Shown here: piece by piece, positions 1-13,045 of the stretch
Position numbering within the stretch: the stretch's first letter is position 1
Layout: every line of letters starts with the position of its first letter
Source of the DNA: Isurus oxyrinchus
Taxonomy: Eukaryota
Assembly: GCA_026770705.1 (NCBI GenBank)
Contig: JANJGN010000017.1
Location: 77,748,001-77,812,000, forward strand
Direction: 5' to 3'
DNA: 64,000 nt
Translations under genes and position numbers: made by a program
The notes under the pieces: model-generated
Databases searched by the model: none
Told to the model about the DNA's origin: nothing
The model's input: only the letters and a program-made list of their open reading frames with translations

Positions 1-429
1 CCTGCAGGCCAATGATCACTCAGTCTCCACCACCAATTCTACCTCCTTCCAGATGCCCTTCACCTCCACTGGAAAAAATTACTCCCTTCTGGCCTGAGGT
101 CCAGTGTCAGATCACCACCCTCATTCACCCCTTTCACATGGTATTATCAGCAGTGGCAAATCTTGATGATTCATATCTAGCTATGTGCAGCTCACTGGTC
201 CCATTGAAATGGAGTCAGAGGCCCAATATCAGAAGCTTCTCAGGTCTCACCCTGCAATGGGTGAATTTCTACACAACCACTTGAATGCAAGTTGTTGTTG
301 AATTCTGCTGTTGCTTCATAGGTAGTCTAGGAGAATTTATATTGTTGCTTTCTTCTTTCTCCTAAGGCATCCTTAAATATAAACTGGGGGATAAAAATAA
401 TAATTAAGTTCAAAGGACAAAATACAGTA

Positions 430-1972
430 AGTCAGAAAACTTATATTTTGGAAGCTGTGTTTAAAGCCAATCTTTGAGATCTCGGTAGCAAGGTGAGAAT
501 GGAAAATGGAAAATTGAGGTTAATAACTGGTACATAAACAGAGACTTTTGTAATCTGGACACTGTCCTAAAAATGAAAGAACTGATTTTAAGATTTCAGT
601 CTAAATTGTGTGCTCTAAGATATTTGGATTGAATCCTGGTTGAAAATATCTGCTTCATGTTGATTGAAGAGTAGATTCCGGACTTGTCCTTTCATTTAAT
701 ATGATCAATATTTGTTTTGTTAGAGCATAACATAGCCAAGACACGGAGGTACTTTCCCTGTAGATATTCTCCAATTTAATGAAGTTGATGGATGAAAACA
801 TGTACTAACAGGTGAAAACAGGTTCTGTGCTAATAAGACACGTCTGTTTGAAAGTTAGGCTCCACCAACACCGAACAGAAACCCAACATGATATATTTAA
901 AATCTTTATCCTTATTGCTATTTCTTATTTTTAAACCAGATTTTTCTGCTGAACAAAGACAATTAGGATGGTTGACTCTCTGTCGGGGAGTTATCCCCAG
1001 CAGTCTCCAAAGCAAAAGAATTCTCCTCTCAGTTTCGGAAATGTCACACCTCATTATGCCTAAGAAGATATTAACAGACAATCTGGGATTAGTCAGACAA
1101 ATTTCAAAGGGAGCTTCAGGAAGGCCATTTGTATTTGATAAACCAATCTTGCCAGCAGACTCAGTGGGTCTACTGAGACAATAGCTTCCCAAATGCCAGA
1201 CCCTCAACATAAGTGGCACCCCTTTCCACCTATAGTGGCTGAGATATTATCAGCCCTATAAACAAAGCCAATTCCAGATGTTGGAAAAACACCCATTTTT
1301 TTAAGCCATTGTGGAAAAGGAAGGTCATATGACCCAAGATTCTGGCCTTTTGAACAATTTGATATTACATTTCTGAGCTACACACCCGGTTTTCTGTTTT
1401 ACCATCCAACTGGCAAGCCACAAAGAAACCAGCCCTGTCTAGGTAGGACAACCAGCCCATCTAACCTGACTCTGTTGGAAGATCCCATACCATCGCCTAC
1501 AGAACTGACTTAATCTCTGCATGCCTACTTCATCTTGTGACATCTGAAAAGTGAATCTTACAACATTGGTCTCCAGCCAGCCAAACTAGAAACACTTATG
1601 TGCAGGAATTCCTCATTGGACTCTGAATTTGGGACTCTGGAACTCATGTAAACCAATAGTCAGTTTTTTTCTGGTCCATTTACTGGCAAAGCTTCTTTTC
1701 CCTATCCTCCCTTTACTGTGTGAATGCGAATTGGGACATTGCGGACACTGCTTTCATGGATTTTGAATGTGTGAAATAAACTAACCTTCTGAGGTAATCC
1801 TAACCTGAGGTTGCATTTTATATTAGTAAAATTGGCTCACACAAAAATCGAGGGTTGGGAAAAATACGCCACCACATATTTTTTAAAACAAACTAATTCA
1901 AAATACTTTCTGTTTACCAACAGGTGTTAAGAGGAAAACTGCTGTTTGAACTGTTCCCATCCTGTTCATAAC
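430..1972 (+). mobile_element. Possible solo LTR-like element
   Basis: Ends in ...ttcataaca with an internal AATAAA at ~1775. The 5' boundary and TSD were not identified. Confidence 0.3.
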
Positions 1973-3680
1973 AAAAGCCTAGCTTCAGCCTGCATTTTTG
2001 AACCATAATTTAAACATGCTCTGAGGTGCTATGACACTTGCAGATTTGGCACTCAAGTGCTGATTAGAAGCAATTTTCATGGAACAATAGCTCCATACAC
2101 CCACTTCCATTGAAGGTGTGGAGTACCCCAGCTGATACGCAATGAAATATGTTAGGATGGCTCAGGCACCAAGTGTGAGGTTGCACAGGTTCTCTGATGT
2201 CCTAGAGGAAGAGAGATGTTCTGTACCCTCAGGGATAGGAAGGGGCCCACCTGGCTGATCTGCAACGTAACTTTTGCTCCATATTCCTTGGCAATCGATC
2301 AATTGTTGCTTTAAAGAGTTAGATTGCAGACCAGCATGATCTTATTGAATGGTTGAACCAGACTTGGGGAGCTAAATGCCCTATCCCCACTCCTTTGTTC
2401 CTGTGGTCCTTTCAGCTACCTCTCATTTCTGTAAATGATACAATTTATACAGATGCCATTTCACTATCCTTGAAAATCTCTGTTATTGCCCACTTCTCAA
2501 AAAACCTACTTTAGGTCCCCCCTGTGTTTTCTTCCAAACCAATATCTAACCCCCTGCTCCAAAATACTTCAATGCCTCAACGCCAGTCATGCTCACCTCC
2601 CTGTTTTCTGAATCCCTTCAATCTGTTTTGTGATGTGTTCATGAATTGTAAAATGCCATTTCAAGACCTTATGCTAAATATCAAGATGAATGGATGGCTG
2701 GCTGTGAAAATCAGAGATAATATTGGCAGCAATGTGTAGCTTTAAAGCTGGGAACAATGAACACAAGTTTTGATTTGGATGCGTACTAGGCAATTGGACG
2801 GTGCTGAAACATGCTGTCAGCAGCAGGTCAGCCTCAGGTAGGATGGGAAGAGGAGAGGTGGGGGTAAATCCAGTGCCTTTAAATCAGAAGCGGGATGTTA
2901 ATGGGAAGAGGAGATCCCAAGTGGTGGGGTGGATTGGGGCAGTGGAGGTATCAGCAGTGTGTGGAGAGACTCTTTTGGGCTGGGTGAAGCATTGGTACTC
3001 CTCTTAGCTGCACTGAAATCAATGAGAGAGCTTCTTTAACCATATTTTTGAAGCAGAGTGTGAAGGACCCTTTAAAAAGCACTAGATCAGCGGGTCAATT
3101 CGAAGTTCAGCTAGATGAATGGCTCAGTGGATCACTAGAGTTGCATCTGGATCCTATATATGGTGTAGGATCCCGAGTTCCTATCTTATGTGGGAGCAGT
3201 GTTTACTTCATTCCTGAGCCACCCCAAAACCAAAGGATTGATGTCAGCAGGAATGAAGCAGTACCTATTTTAAGTTTGTGTTTGCCCTGTCCGAAAACAT
3301 TGTCGGAAAAATCACCCCCAGGTGATGTTAAGGTGGTTTATGGGGGAACTAATGAAACATGTTAGAAGTACAATTAAATCTGGGAGTTTGCTGTTTGGTT
3401 TATCTTTTAATAAGAAGAAAGGCCTACATTTGTATAGCATGTTTCAAGGCCTCAGGACATCTCAAAGTGCTCTACAGCCAATGAATTACTTCCAAAGTAG
3501 GGTCTTTCTAATGTGTGAAATGTGGATCAGACACAACAATAAATATTCATGTAACATCCAGTAAGTCAATGTGATCAAAATGCTTAAAGATATGTGTTAA
3601 TCTACACATCTTCATCCATGACAGCTGTTTGTACTTGGATTTAACTCATTGGCTTGTCTTTTCTCTTGTTCTATGTGCAG

Positions 3681-4334
3681 TGATCCTGTCCAGTTGCAAC
3701 AACTACACAACCAGGTTCTACTTGAACAGCAGCAAGAAGTGACCTTACAACAGCCACCATCGCAGTCCTTAACCTTGTCCTCCTCACTTCCAACTGCCTT
3801 TCAGTCCACCATGAATGTTGTCAATTCTGCTCCTCATCCACCTGTGCAGCCATCCCCATCTAGCAAGTCACCAACACCAAAAAACACCCTGCCCCAGGCA
3901 TTTAATTATGCCCGCCCAAAGCAGTTTATTACCACCCAGAATGTTGTACGAAGTTATTCCCCCTCACTTTCTCCTGTGTCCATGCTGAGCACAGGATCTG
4001 AAAAGACAGAAAAGCAGTATGATGAAGAAAATTACTTTGGATTTCCACTCACACCAGCATATCAGGGTCCTGTTATATATCCCAGTAAGAGTTTGCCATC
4101 CCCAGCCTCACGCAGTTCCTCTGCCACAAGTACAATCGGGCAAGCCATTTCTTCCACTATTTCTCCTCTGCCAAATTTTCAACCTCAGATTGTATCACCA
4201 ACTTCCATTAATGCTGGTAACTCCTGCCCTAGCCCAGTTCAGAATCCAGTGGCTTTCCTCAGCTCTGTATTACCATCATTGCCTTCTGCACCGTCGACCA
4301 ATGCCATGGGCCTTCCCAAGAGTGCTCCAGCAAT
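3681..4334 (+). CDS. MYPN: Myopalladin internal coding exon (Pro/Ser-rich region; DPVQLQQLHNQVLLEQ...QNPVAFLSSVLPSLPSAPSTNAMGLPKSAPA)
   Basis: Acceptor tgtgcag|t at 3680/3681 and donor at|gtaagt at 4334/4335 (phase 2-2). The motifs QLQQLHNQVLLEQ and QNPVAFLSSVLPSLP..TNAMGLP.SAP match myopalladin. Confidence 0.93.
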
Positions 4335-4589
4335 GTAAGTGTCAGTTACAAAAGATGTATTGCTACTGTGCTAGTAGGGGAGATTTGGACATTGGTCATT
4401 AAAGCCTGTTCCTTTAAATTACTATGTAAGGGAACTGGGCAGCACAATGGGTTACACACTAGAGGCTAGATTCTCCAACTATCACCCTGTTTTTTTTGTG
4501 AATCTGGGCAGGCATGGGTGTGGTAATTAACTTGATTGAGGATGTGCTATGTTGTTGTCTTGCATACCACCCTTTCTTAGTTGTTTAGT

Positions 4590-5335
4590 CCATAGAGTCA
4601 TAGAATGGTAACAGCTAAGAAGGTAACCATTTGAAACAAAAACAGAATTACCTGGAAAAACTCAGCAGGTCTGGCAGCATTAGCGGAGAAGAAAAGAGTT
4701 GATGTTTCAAGTCCTCATGACCCTTCGACAGAACTAGTTCTGTCGAAGGGTCATGAGAACTCGAAACATCAACTCTTTTCTTCTCCGCCGATGCTGCCAG
4801 ACCTGTTGAGTTTTTCCAGGTAATTCTGTTTTTGTTTTGGATTTCCAGCATCCGCAGTTTTTTTGTTTTTATCTCAAGGAAACCATTTGATCTGTTGTGT
4901 CCATGCTAGCTCTCTGCAAGAGCTACTAACTGCCCTCCTTCCCTGCCATTTCCCCATAGCCCTGTAAATTTATTTCTGTTCAGATAATTATCCAATTCCC
5001 TTTTGAAGGCCACATTCTCTTTAAGTACGTTCCAGAACCTTATCGCTCGCTAAAAGATGTTTTTCATGATGTCGCCTCCGGTTCTTTTGTCAACCACTTT
5101 ACATCTGTGTCCTATGTTTCTCAGCCCTTCTACCTATTGGAACAATTTCTCTCCATCTACTCTGTCCACACCCCTCATGATTTTGAACACCTCCACCAAC
5201 CTTCTCTAAAGATAACAGGCCCAACTTTGCCAATCTGTGCATATAACTGAAGTCTCTCATCCATGGAATCATTCTCCTAAATCTTTTTTGTACCCTCTCT
5301 AAAGCCTTTACATCCTCTGAAGTTGTAGCACCCAG
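4590..5335 (-). mobile_element. CR1 LINE 3' fragment (interrupted by the palindromic PLE)
   Basis: Reverse-complement CR1-type 3' end (catagagtcatagaatgg...) and degenerate RT C-terminal sequence. Confidence 0.6.
4635..4875. mobile_element. Penelope-like tail fragment forming a loop-less palindrome
   Basis: Two ~100-bp inverted copies of the PLE tail meet at gaact|agttc (4735/4736). Flanked by a 15-bp TSD aagg(t/a)aaccatttga (4620-4634, 4876-4890). Confidence 0.85.
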
Positions 5336-5959
5336 TGGCCTAAAATGTCACCACCTATACCTTCCATCTGTAAGGGCCACTGTCAGTATTCACAGATGGT
5401 GGATGTAGCTTTTGGGATGCAAATAAAGAAGATTCTATGAAAGCACTCTCAGAGTGGAATTGTGCACAGGCCCCATTAACAACTAAAACTGTTTAAAAAG
5501 CAAAATCTTTCTTCAATCAGTTTGGAGGCCCTTCCTTCTGCTCTTACGGCCTGGTATAAGTCTCTGCCCTAATCTTGTGCAACTCTTTAATGGAGTTCAG
5601 TGGTAACCTCCTGTAATTAAATTACCCCAGGGCCAAGAAATATAACCAGAGTCAAGGAAGCATTCTGTCCCACCAAAGATGAATCAATTGGAAAATCCAG
5701 GCCTAATTCTTCACTTCTGAGTCCTAAGTTCAAACCTAGCCCAGGCTGATGGGATGGGCGTGACCTCTGCTGACTCTACAGTTTCTGTATGAAATGATTT
5801 GAAGCCTTTTCAATAGAGTCAAATTGTCACAAAAGTAGCTTTAATTGGCGATTGCAGTTGGAGGGGTGACAAGTGTGGAAAATTCATGCAGTAGCAGGTA
5901 TTTTTTTGGATGATGCTTATAGCCAATTTGGGAGCAGAAAGGAGCATTACTCTGCACTT

Positions 5960-8900
5960 AACTCCAGCATGATGCCACCACCAAACACATCTTCCCTTCA
6001 CCCTCGCTGGCACCATTCCATAGGGATCGTTCTCTCCGGGATACCCTGGTCCACTCCTCCATCACCCCCTACTCCTCAACCCCCACCTACGGCCCCTCCC
6101 CATGCATACGCAAAAGATGCAACACTATCCCTTCACTTCCTCTCTCCTCACCGTCCAAGGGCCCAAACACTCCTTTCAAGTGAAGCAGCATTTCACTTGC
6201 ATTTCCTCCAACTTAGTCTACTTCAATCGTTGCTCCCAATGTGGTCTCCTCTACATTGGAGAGACCAAATGTAGATTGGGTGACTGCTTTGCAAAACACC
6301 TTCGGTCTGTCCGCAAGAATGACCCAGACCTCCCTGTCGCTTGCCAATTTAACACTCCACCCTGCTCTCTTGCCCACATGTCTGTCCTTGGCTTGCTGCA
6401 TTGTTCCAGTGAAGTTAAAGGCAAACTGGAGGAACAGCAACTCATCTTGCGACTAGGCACTTTACAGCCTTCCGGGCTGAATATTGAATTCAACAACTTT
6501 AGATCTTGAACTCCCTTCTCCATCCCCACCCCCTTTCCGTTTCTTCCCCCTTCCTTTTGCTTTTTCCAATAATTTATATAGATTTTTCTTTTCCTACCTA
6601 TTTCCATTATTTTTAAATCTATACCTTTTATGCCCTTTTAGTCTTATTCCACCCCACCCCCATTAGAGCTGTACCTTGCGTGTCCTGCCATCCATTCTTA
6701 ATTAGCACATTCTTTTAGATAATATCACCACCTTCAACACTTCTTTGTTCTTTTGTCTGTAACATCTTTTGATTATCTGCTCCTATCACTGCTTGCTTGT
6801 CCCTACAACCACCACCCCCACTTCTCTCCCCCCACCCCTCCCCCCACCTTAAACCAGCTTATATTTCACCCCTCTCCTATTTTTACTTAGTTCTGTTGAA
6901 GGGTCATGAGGACTCGAAACATCAACTTTGTTCTTCTCCGCCGATGCTGCCAGACCTGCTGAGTTTTTCCAGGTAATTCTGTTTTTGTTTTGGATTTCCA
7001 GCATCCACAGTTTTTTGTTTTTATCTCTATGTTTAATTGACTGCCACTTCTCTTCAAGAAATGCCTACCTTGAAGAAGTATTGCTCTTCTCTCGAACAGG
7101 ATTTCCGTGTCTCTCTTTTGCCTTGTTCACCTTCATTGCTTTCCATTTCTCTCATGGTGTTTGACAAGGTGTTTACTAAAACCCGCTTTCACAGCCATAT
7201 TTCCTTTCTCAGTGACTGTCTCCGTCTCCGACTTATGCCACGTGGATTTCAACTGAAATTCCATTCCTCATGTTTTGGACCCACCCAGGATTACAGCTAT
7301 CTCCGGGACATAAAAACGTTTCTCGGACTGCTGTTCCCATTGCATTCTGAGATCCACACTCTGTGCCATGCACCGCCATATGAAGACACTCGACCTCTCC
7401 CTTCAGCAGCACTGCCGCACCCTTTTTCAAAGCTGCGCGTGCCCCCGGTTTCATTTTATTCTTCGTCTCATCCGACACCTCAACAAGAAACTTTTTCTCT
7501 TTCTCTCAAGTGCTAAGGAACACAAGCTGCAACAACTCATCGACACCAACACCCATCTAGGACCCTCCATCCCCACCTGTCCCTCCGTCCCCACCCCATC
7601 TTCCAATCCCAGCCCTGGCCATGTATTCACTATACCCCTTGACCTTCCTCTCTCCGATGCTGAATGTTCAGTGCTCAAATAAGGATGTAGTTTCATACCC
7701 TTACGCCTCATCTCAATGAATTTCGGGCTCGGCATGATGCTGAACTCTTCTTCCGCCTCCTTCGTCTCCATGCTCAGTTCTTTGGGCAGGAGTCCTCTCC
7801 CCGTTCAATGGATCCTTTTACCCACCTCCAATATTCTCCCTCCACCTGGACCCCTCCCTCTGGATTCTTACCTTCTCTTGATCTTTTCATTGAGAACCGT
7901 CGGCGTGACATTAGTCATCTCAATTTCTCTGCTCCTCTCACCCATTCTAACCTATCTCTCTCTGAACTCAGTTCTCTCAGGTCCAACCCTAACATTGACA
8001 TCAAACCCGCTGACAAGGGTGGTCCTGTTGTTGTCTGGCGCACTGACCTCTACCTCACGGAGGCTGAGCGTCAACTCACAGACACTTCCTCCTACCTCTC
8101 CCTGGACCATGACCCCACCACTGAACATCAAACCATTGTTTCCAAGACTGTCACCGACCTCATCTCCTCTGGAGATCTTCCTCCCACAGCTTCCAACCTG
8201 ATAGTCGCCCAACCTCGGACGGCCCGCTTCTACCTCCTACCCAAAATCCACAAACAGGACTGTCCCGGCAGACTGATCGTGTCAGCCTGTTCCTGCCCCA
8301 CGGAACTCATTTCTCATTATCTTGACTCCCTTCTCTCTCCCCTTGTCCAGTCCCTTCCTACCTACCGCCGTGATTCCTCTGACACCTTACATCACATCAA
8401 CAATTTCCAGTTCCTTGGCCCCAACCGCCTCCTCTTCACCATGGATGTCCAATCCCTCTACGCCTCCATCCCCCATCAGGATGGTCTGAGGGCTCTCAGC
8501 TTCCTTGAACAGAGGCCATCCACCACTACTCTCTTCCGTCTGGCTGAACTTGTTCTCACACTGAACAATTTCTCCTTTAACTTCTCTCACTTCCTCCAAA
8601 TAAAAGGTGTGGCTGTGGGTACCCGCATGGGCCCCAGCTATGCCTGTCTCTTTTTGGGGTATATAGAACATTCCTTGTTCCAGTCCTACTCTGGCCCCCT
8701 CCCACAACTATTTCTCCAATACATCGATGATTACTTCGGTGCTGCTTCATGCTCTTGTCGGGACCTGGAAAAATTTATTAATTTTGCTTCCAATCTCTAC
8801 CCCTCCATTATTTTCACGTGGTCCATCTCTGACACTTCCCTTCCCTTCCTTGACCTCGCTGTCTCAATTTCTGGTGATAGACTGTCCACCAATATCCATT

Positions 8901-10306
8901 ACAAGCCTACCGACTCCCACAGCTACCTCGACTACAGCTCCTCACACTTTGCTTCCTGTAAGGACTCCATCCTATTCTCTTAGTTCCTTCGCCTCCGTCG
9001 CATCTGTTCTGATGATGCTACCTTCAAAAAAAGTTCCTCTGACATGTTCTCCTTCTTCCTTAACTGTGGTTTTCACCCACGGTCGTTGACAGGGCCCTCA
9101 ACCGTGTCCGGCCCATTTGCCGCGCATCCGCCCTCACGCCTTCTCCTCCCTCCCAGAAACATGATAGAGTCCCCCATGTCCTCACTTATCACCCCACCAG
9201 CCTCCGCATTTAAAGGATCATCCTCCGCCATTTCCGCCAACTCCAGCATGATGCCACCACCAAACACATCTTCCCTTCACCCCCCCCTCCAGCTGCATTC
9301 CGTAGGGTTCGTTCCCTCCGGGATACCCTAGTCCACTCCTCCATCGCCCCCCTACTCCTCAACCCCCACCTAGGGCACCTCCCCATGCCCACACAAAAGA
9401 TGCAACACTGCCCCTTCACTTCCTCTCTCCTCACCGTCCAAGGGCCGAAGCACTCCTTTCAAGTGAAGTAGCATTTCACTTGCATTTCCCCCAACTTAGT
9501 CTACTGCATTCGTTGCTCCCAATGCGGTCTCCTCTACATTGGAGAGACCAAATGCAGATTGGATGACCGCTTTGCAGAACACCTGCGGTCTGTCCGCAAG
9601 AATGACCCAGACTTCCCTGTTGCTTGCCATTTTAACACTGCACCCTGCTCTCTTGCCCACATGTCTGTCCTTGGCTTGCTGCATTGTTCCAGTGAAGCTC
9701 AACACAAACTGGAGGAACAGCAACTCATCTTCCGACTAGGCACTTTACAGTCTTCCGGGCTGAATATTGAATTCAACAACTTTAGATCTTGAACTCCCTC
9801 CTCCATCCCCACCCCCTTTCTGTTTCTTCCCCCTCCCTTTTGTTTTTTCCAATAATTTATATAGATTTTTCTTTTCCCACCTATTTCCATTATTTTTAAA
9901 TCTGTACATTTTATGCTTTATTAGCCTTATTTCACCCCACCCCCACTAGAGCTGTACCTTGCGTGTCCTGCCATCCATTCTTAATAAGCACATTCTTTTA
10001 GATAATATCGCCACCTTCAACACCTCTTTGTTCTTTTGTCTGTGACATCTTTTGATTATCTGCTCCTATCACTGCTTGCTTGTCCCTACAACTACCACCC
10101 CCACTTCTCTCCCCCCCACCCCTCCCCCCACCTTAAACCAGTTTAAAATACACCCCTCTCCTATTTTTACTTAGTTCTATTGAAGGGTCATGAGGACTCG
10201 AAACATCAACTTTGTTCTTCTCTGCCAATGCTGCCAGATCTGCTGAGTTTTTCCAGGTAATTCTGTTTTTGTTTTGGATTTCCAGCATCCGCAGTTTTTT
10301 GTTTTT
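5960..10306 (+). mobile_element. Penelope-like retroelement (Neptune-type) with a direct pseudo-LTR
   Basis: 5960-~7026 duplicates ~9239-10306. Perfect 14-bp TSD attactctgcactt at 5946-5959 and 10307-10320. Encodes RT and GIY-YIG. Confidence 0.93.
7061..9792 (+). pseudogene. Disrupted PLE ORF: N-terminal domain, RT (KPADKG, LPKIHK, GTRMGPSYA, YIDD), Cys linker (CPHKRCNTCP), GIY-YIG (VYCIRC...YIGET)
   Basis: ORF pieces 7037-7516, 7368-7682, 7808-8983 and 9559-9792 are separated by frameshifts and stops. Confidence 0.9.
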
Positions 10307-10412
10307 ATTACTCTGCACTTGGTCGAGCGATACCTGACCAAACCTGACCATGCTTAATGGGCAGCTGAAATGAGAAGAGTTCCATTCTCCAGCACTAAGG
10401 TTTTCACAATAG

Positions 10413-13045
10413 TGGGGAGAGTAGGGCAGTGGTAACCTGGACCAGTAATCCAGACGCCCAAAACAAAAACAGAAATACCTGGTAAAACTCAGCAGGTCTG
10501 GCAGCATCGGTGGAGAAGAGCAAAGTTGACGTTTTGAATCCTCATGACCCTTCAACAGAATTAAGTAGAAATAGGAAAGGAGTGAAATATAAGCTGGTTT
10601 AATGGTGGGGGGGGGCTTCTTTTTTGAGGACTTAAGGGTATGAAACTAAGTCCTTTGCTAAGCACTGAAAGTTCAGCGTCGGAGAGGGGAAGGTCAGGGG
10701 GTATAGTGAATACACGGCCGGGGCTGGGATTGGAAGATGGGGTGGGGACGGAGGGACAGGCAGGGGTGGAGGGTCCTAGATGGCTGTTGGTGTCGATGAG
10801 TTGTTGGAGCTTGTGCTCCTTAGCACTTGAGAGAAAGAGAAAAAGTTTCTTGTTGAGGCGTCGGATGAGACGAAGAATAAAATGAAACCGGGGGGGGCAC
10901 GCGCAGCTTTGAAAAAGGGTATGACGGTGCTACTGGAGGGAGAGGTCGAGTGTCTTCATATGGCGGTGCATGGCACTGAGTGCGGATCTCAGAATGCGAT
11001 GGGAACAGCAGTCCGAGAAACTTTTTATGTCCCGGAGATACCTGTAATCCTGGGTGGGTTCGAAACATGAGGGATGGAATTTCTGTTGAAATCCACGTGG
11101 GGTAAGCCGGAGACGGAAACAGTCACTGAGAAAGGTGATATGGCTGTGAAAGCAGGTTTTAGTAAACACCTTGTCAAACACCAGGAGAGAAATGGGAAAC
11201 AATGAAGGTGAACAAGGCAAAAGAGAGATACGGAAATCCTGATGGAGAGTAGAACAAAATTTCTTCAAGGTAGGCATTGCTTGAAAAGAAGTGGCAGTCA
11301 ATTAAACACAGATAAAAACAAAAAACCGCGGATGCTGGAAATCCAAAACAAAAACAAAAATACCTGGAAAAACTCAGCAGGTCTGGCAGCATCGGAGGAG
11401 AAGAGCAAAGTTGATGTTTCGAGTCCTCATGACCCTTCAACAGAACTAAGTAGAAGTAGGAAAGGGTTGGGGCTCCAGAGACATGAATTCAAATCCCCCC
11501 TCAACAGCTGGAGAAATTTAAATTCAACTAATTCATAATTCTGGAATAAAAAGCTTATCACAAAACTATTGGATTGTTGTAAAAACCCATCTGGTTTACT
11601 AATGATAAACTCACCAGAAGTGACGGCACAATGATATACAGTTGGGAGGGTAAGGTCATGGGAGTCCTAAACATTGACTCTGGGCCTAATGAAGTCTCAT
11701 AGCATCAGGTCAAACATGGGCAAGGAAAGCTCCTGCTGATTACCATCTACTTGCCTCCCTCAGCTGATGAATCAGTACTCCTCCACGTTGAACACTATGT
11801 GGAAGCAGTAAGGGTAGCAAGGGCACAGAGTGTACCCTGAGTGGGGGATTTCAAATGGAGGAGGAAGCTCAACAAATGTCCCCATTGGTTAGAGTCTTAC
11901 CTAGCACAAAGGAAGATGGTTGTGGTTGCTGGAGGTCAATCATCTCAGTCCTAGAGCATCGCTGCAGGATTTCCTCAGGGTAGTGTCTTGGCCCAACCAT
12001 GTCCAGATGCTTCATCAATGACCTTCCTTCCATCATAAGGTCAGAAGTGGGGTTGTTCACTGATGATTGCACAGTGTTCAGCACCATTTGCAACTCCTCA
12101 GATTCTGAAGTAGCCCATGTCTTTATGCAGCAAGAGCTAGACAACATTCAGGCTTGGGCTGATAAGTGACAAGTGATGTTCGTACTATACAAGTGCCAGG
12201 TAATGATCTTCTCCAGCAAGAGAGAATCTAACCATCTCCGCATGACACTTAATGACATTGCCATTACTGAATCCACTGATATCAATATCCTGGGGTTACT
12301 GTTGACCGGAAACTGAACTGAACCAGCCATATAAATACTGTGGCCACAAGAACATCTCAGAGACTGGGAATTCTGTGGTGAATAACTCCCTTCTGACTCC
12401 CCAAACCCTGTCCACCATCTGTAAGGCACAATTCAGGAGTGTGATGATATACTCTCCACTTGCCCGGATGTCATCATCCATGTCATAACATTCAAGGCTA
12501 TGGGCCCAGTGCTGCTAAGTGGGATTAGGTAGGTAGGTCAGGTGTTTCTCATGTGTTGGTGCAGACTCGATGGGCCGAAGGGCCTCTGCTGCACTGTGAT
12601 TCTGTGTGCAGCTCCAACAATACTCAAGAAGTTCGACATCACAAACCTGTCTGTTTGATCAGTACCCCCATCCACCAACTTAAACATTTACTCCCTCTAC
12701 CACAGTAGCAGCAGTGTGTACCACCTACAGATGCACTGTAGCAATTCATCAAGGCTCCTTCAGCAGCACCTTCCAAACCTGCAATCCTGACAACCTAGAA
12801 TGACAAAGGCAGCAAATGCATGGGAATATCACCGCATACACGTTCCCTTCCAAATTACACACCAGCCTGACTTGAAACTATATTGCCTTTCCTTCACTGT
12901 TGCTGTGTCAAAATCCTGCAACATCCTTCCTAACGGCACCATGGGAGTAGCCACACTGGATTGACTGTAGTGGTTCAAGAAGGCAGCTCACCACCATCTT
13001 CTCAAGGGCAATTAGGGTTGGGCAACAAATGCTTGACTTATGCAC
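10413..13045 (+). mobile_element. tRNA-headed, internally deleted CR1-group LINE derivative (contains the nested PLE and a CR1 tail at ~12483-12606)
   Basis: tRNA-like head (10413-10459 plus 11468-11605), endonuclease/RT remnants (PQGS.LGP, INDLP) and a 3' tail aagggcaattaggg..gggcaacaaatgc. Homologous to 41465-44180. Confidence 0.7.
10460..11465 (-). mobile_element. Internally deleted Penelope-like copy (tail, ORF N-terminus, tail)
   Basis: 11301-10622 matches the N-terminal ORF of the 5960 element and is flanked on both sides by the same tail. Nested in a tRNA-derived head. Confidence 0.85.

Noticed and set aside
12-284. Upstream proline-rich MYPN exon
   Set aside because: No recognisable MYPN similarity or splice context; probably a transposon remnant.
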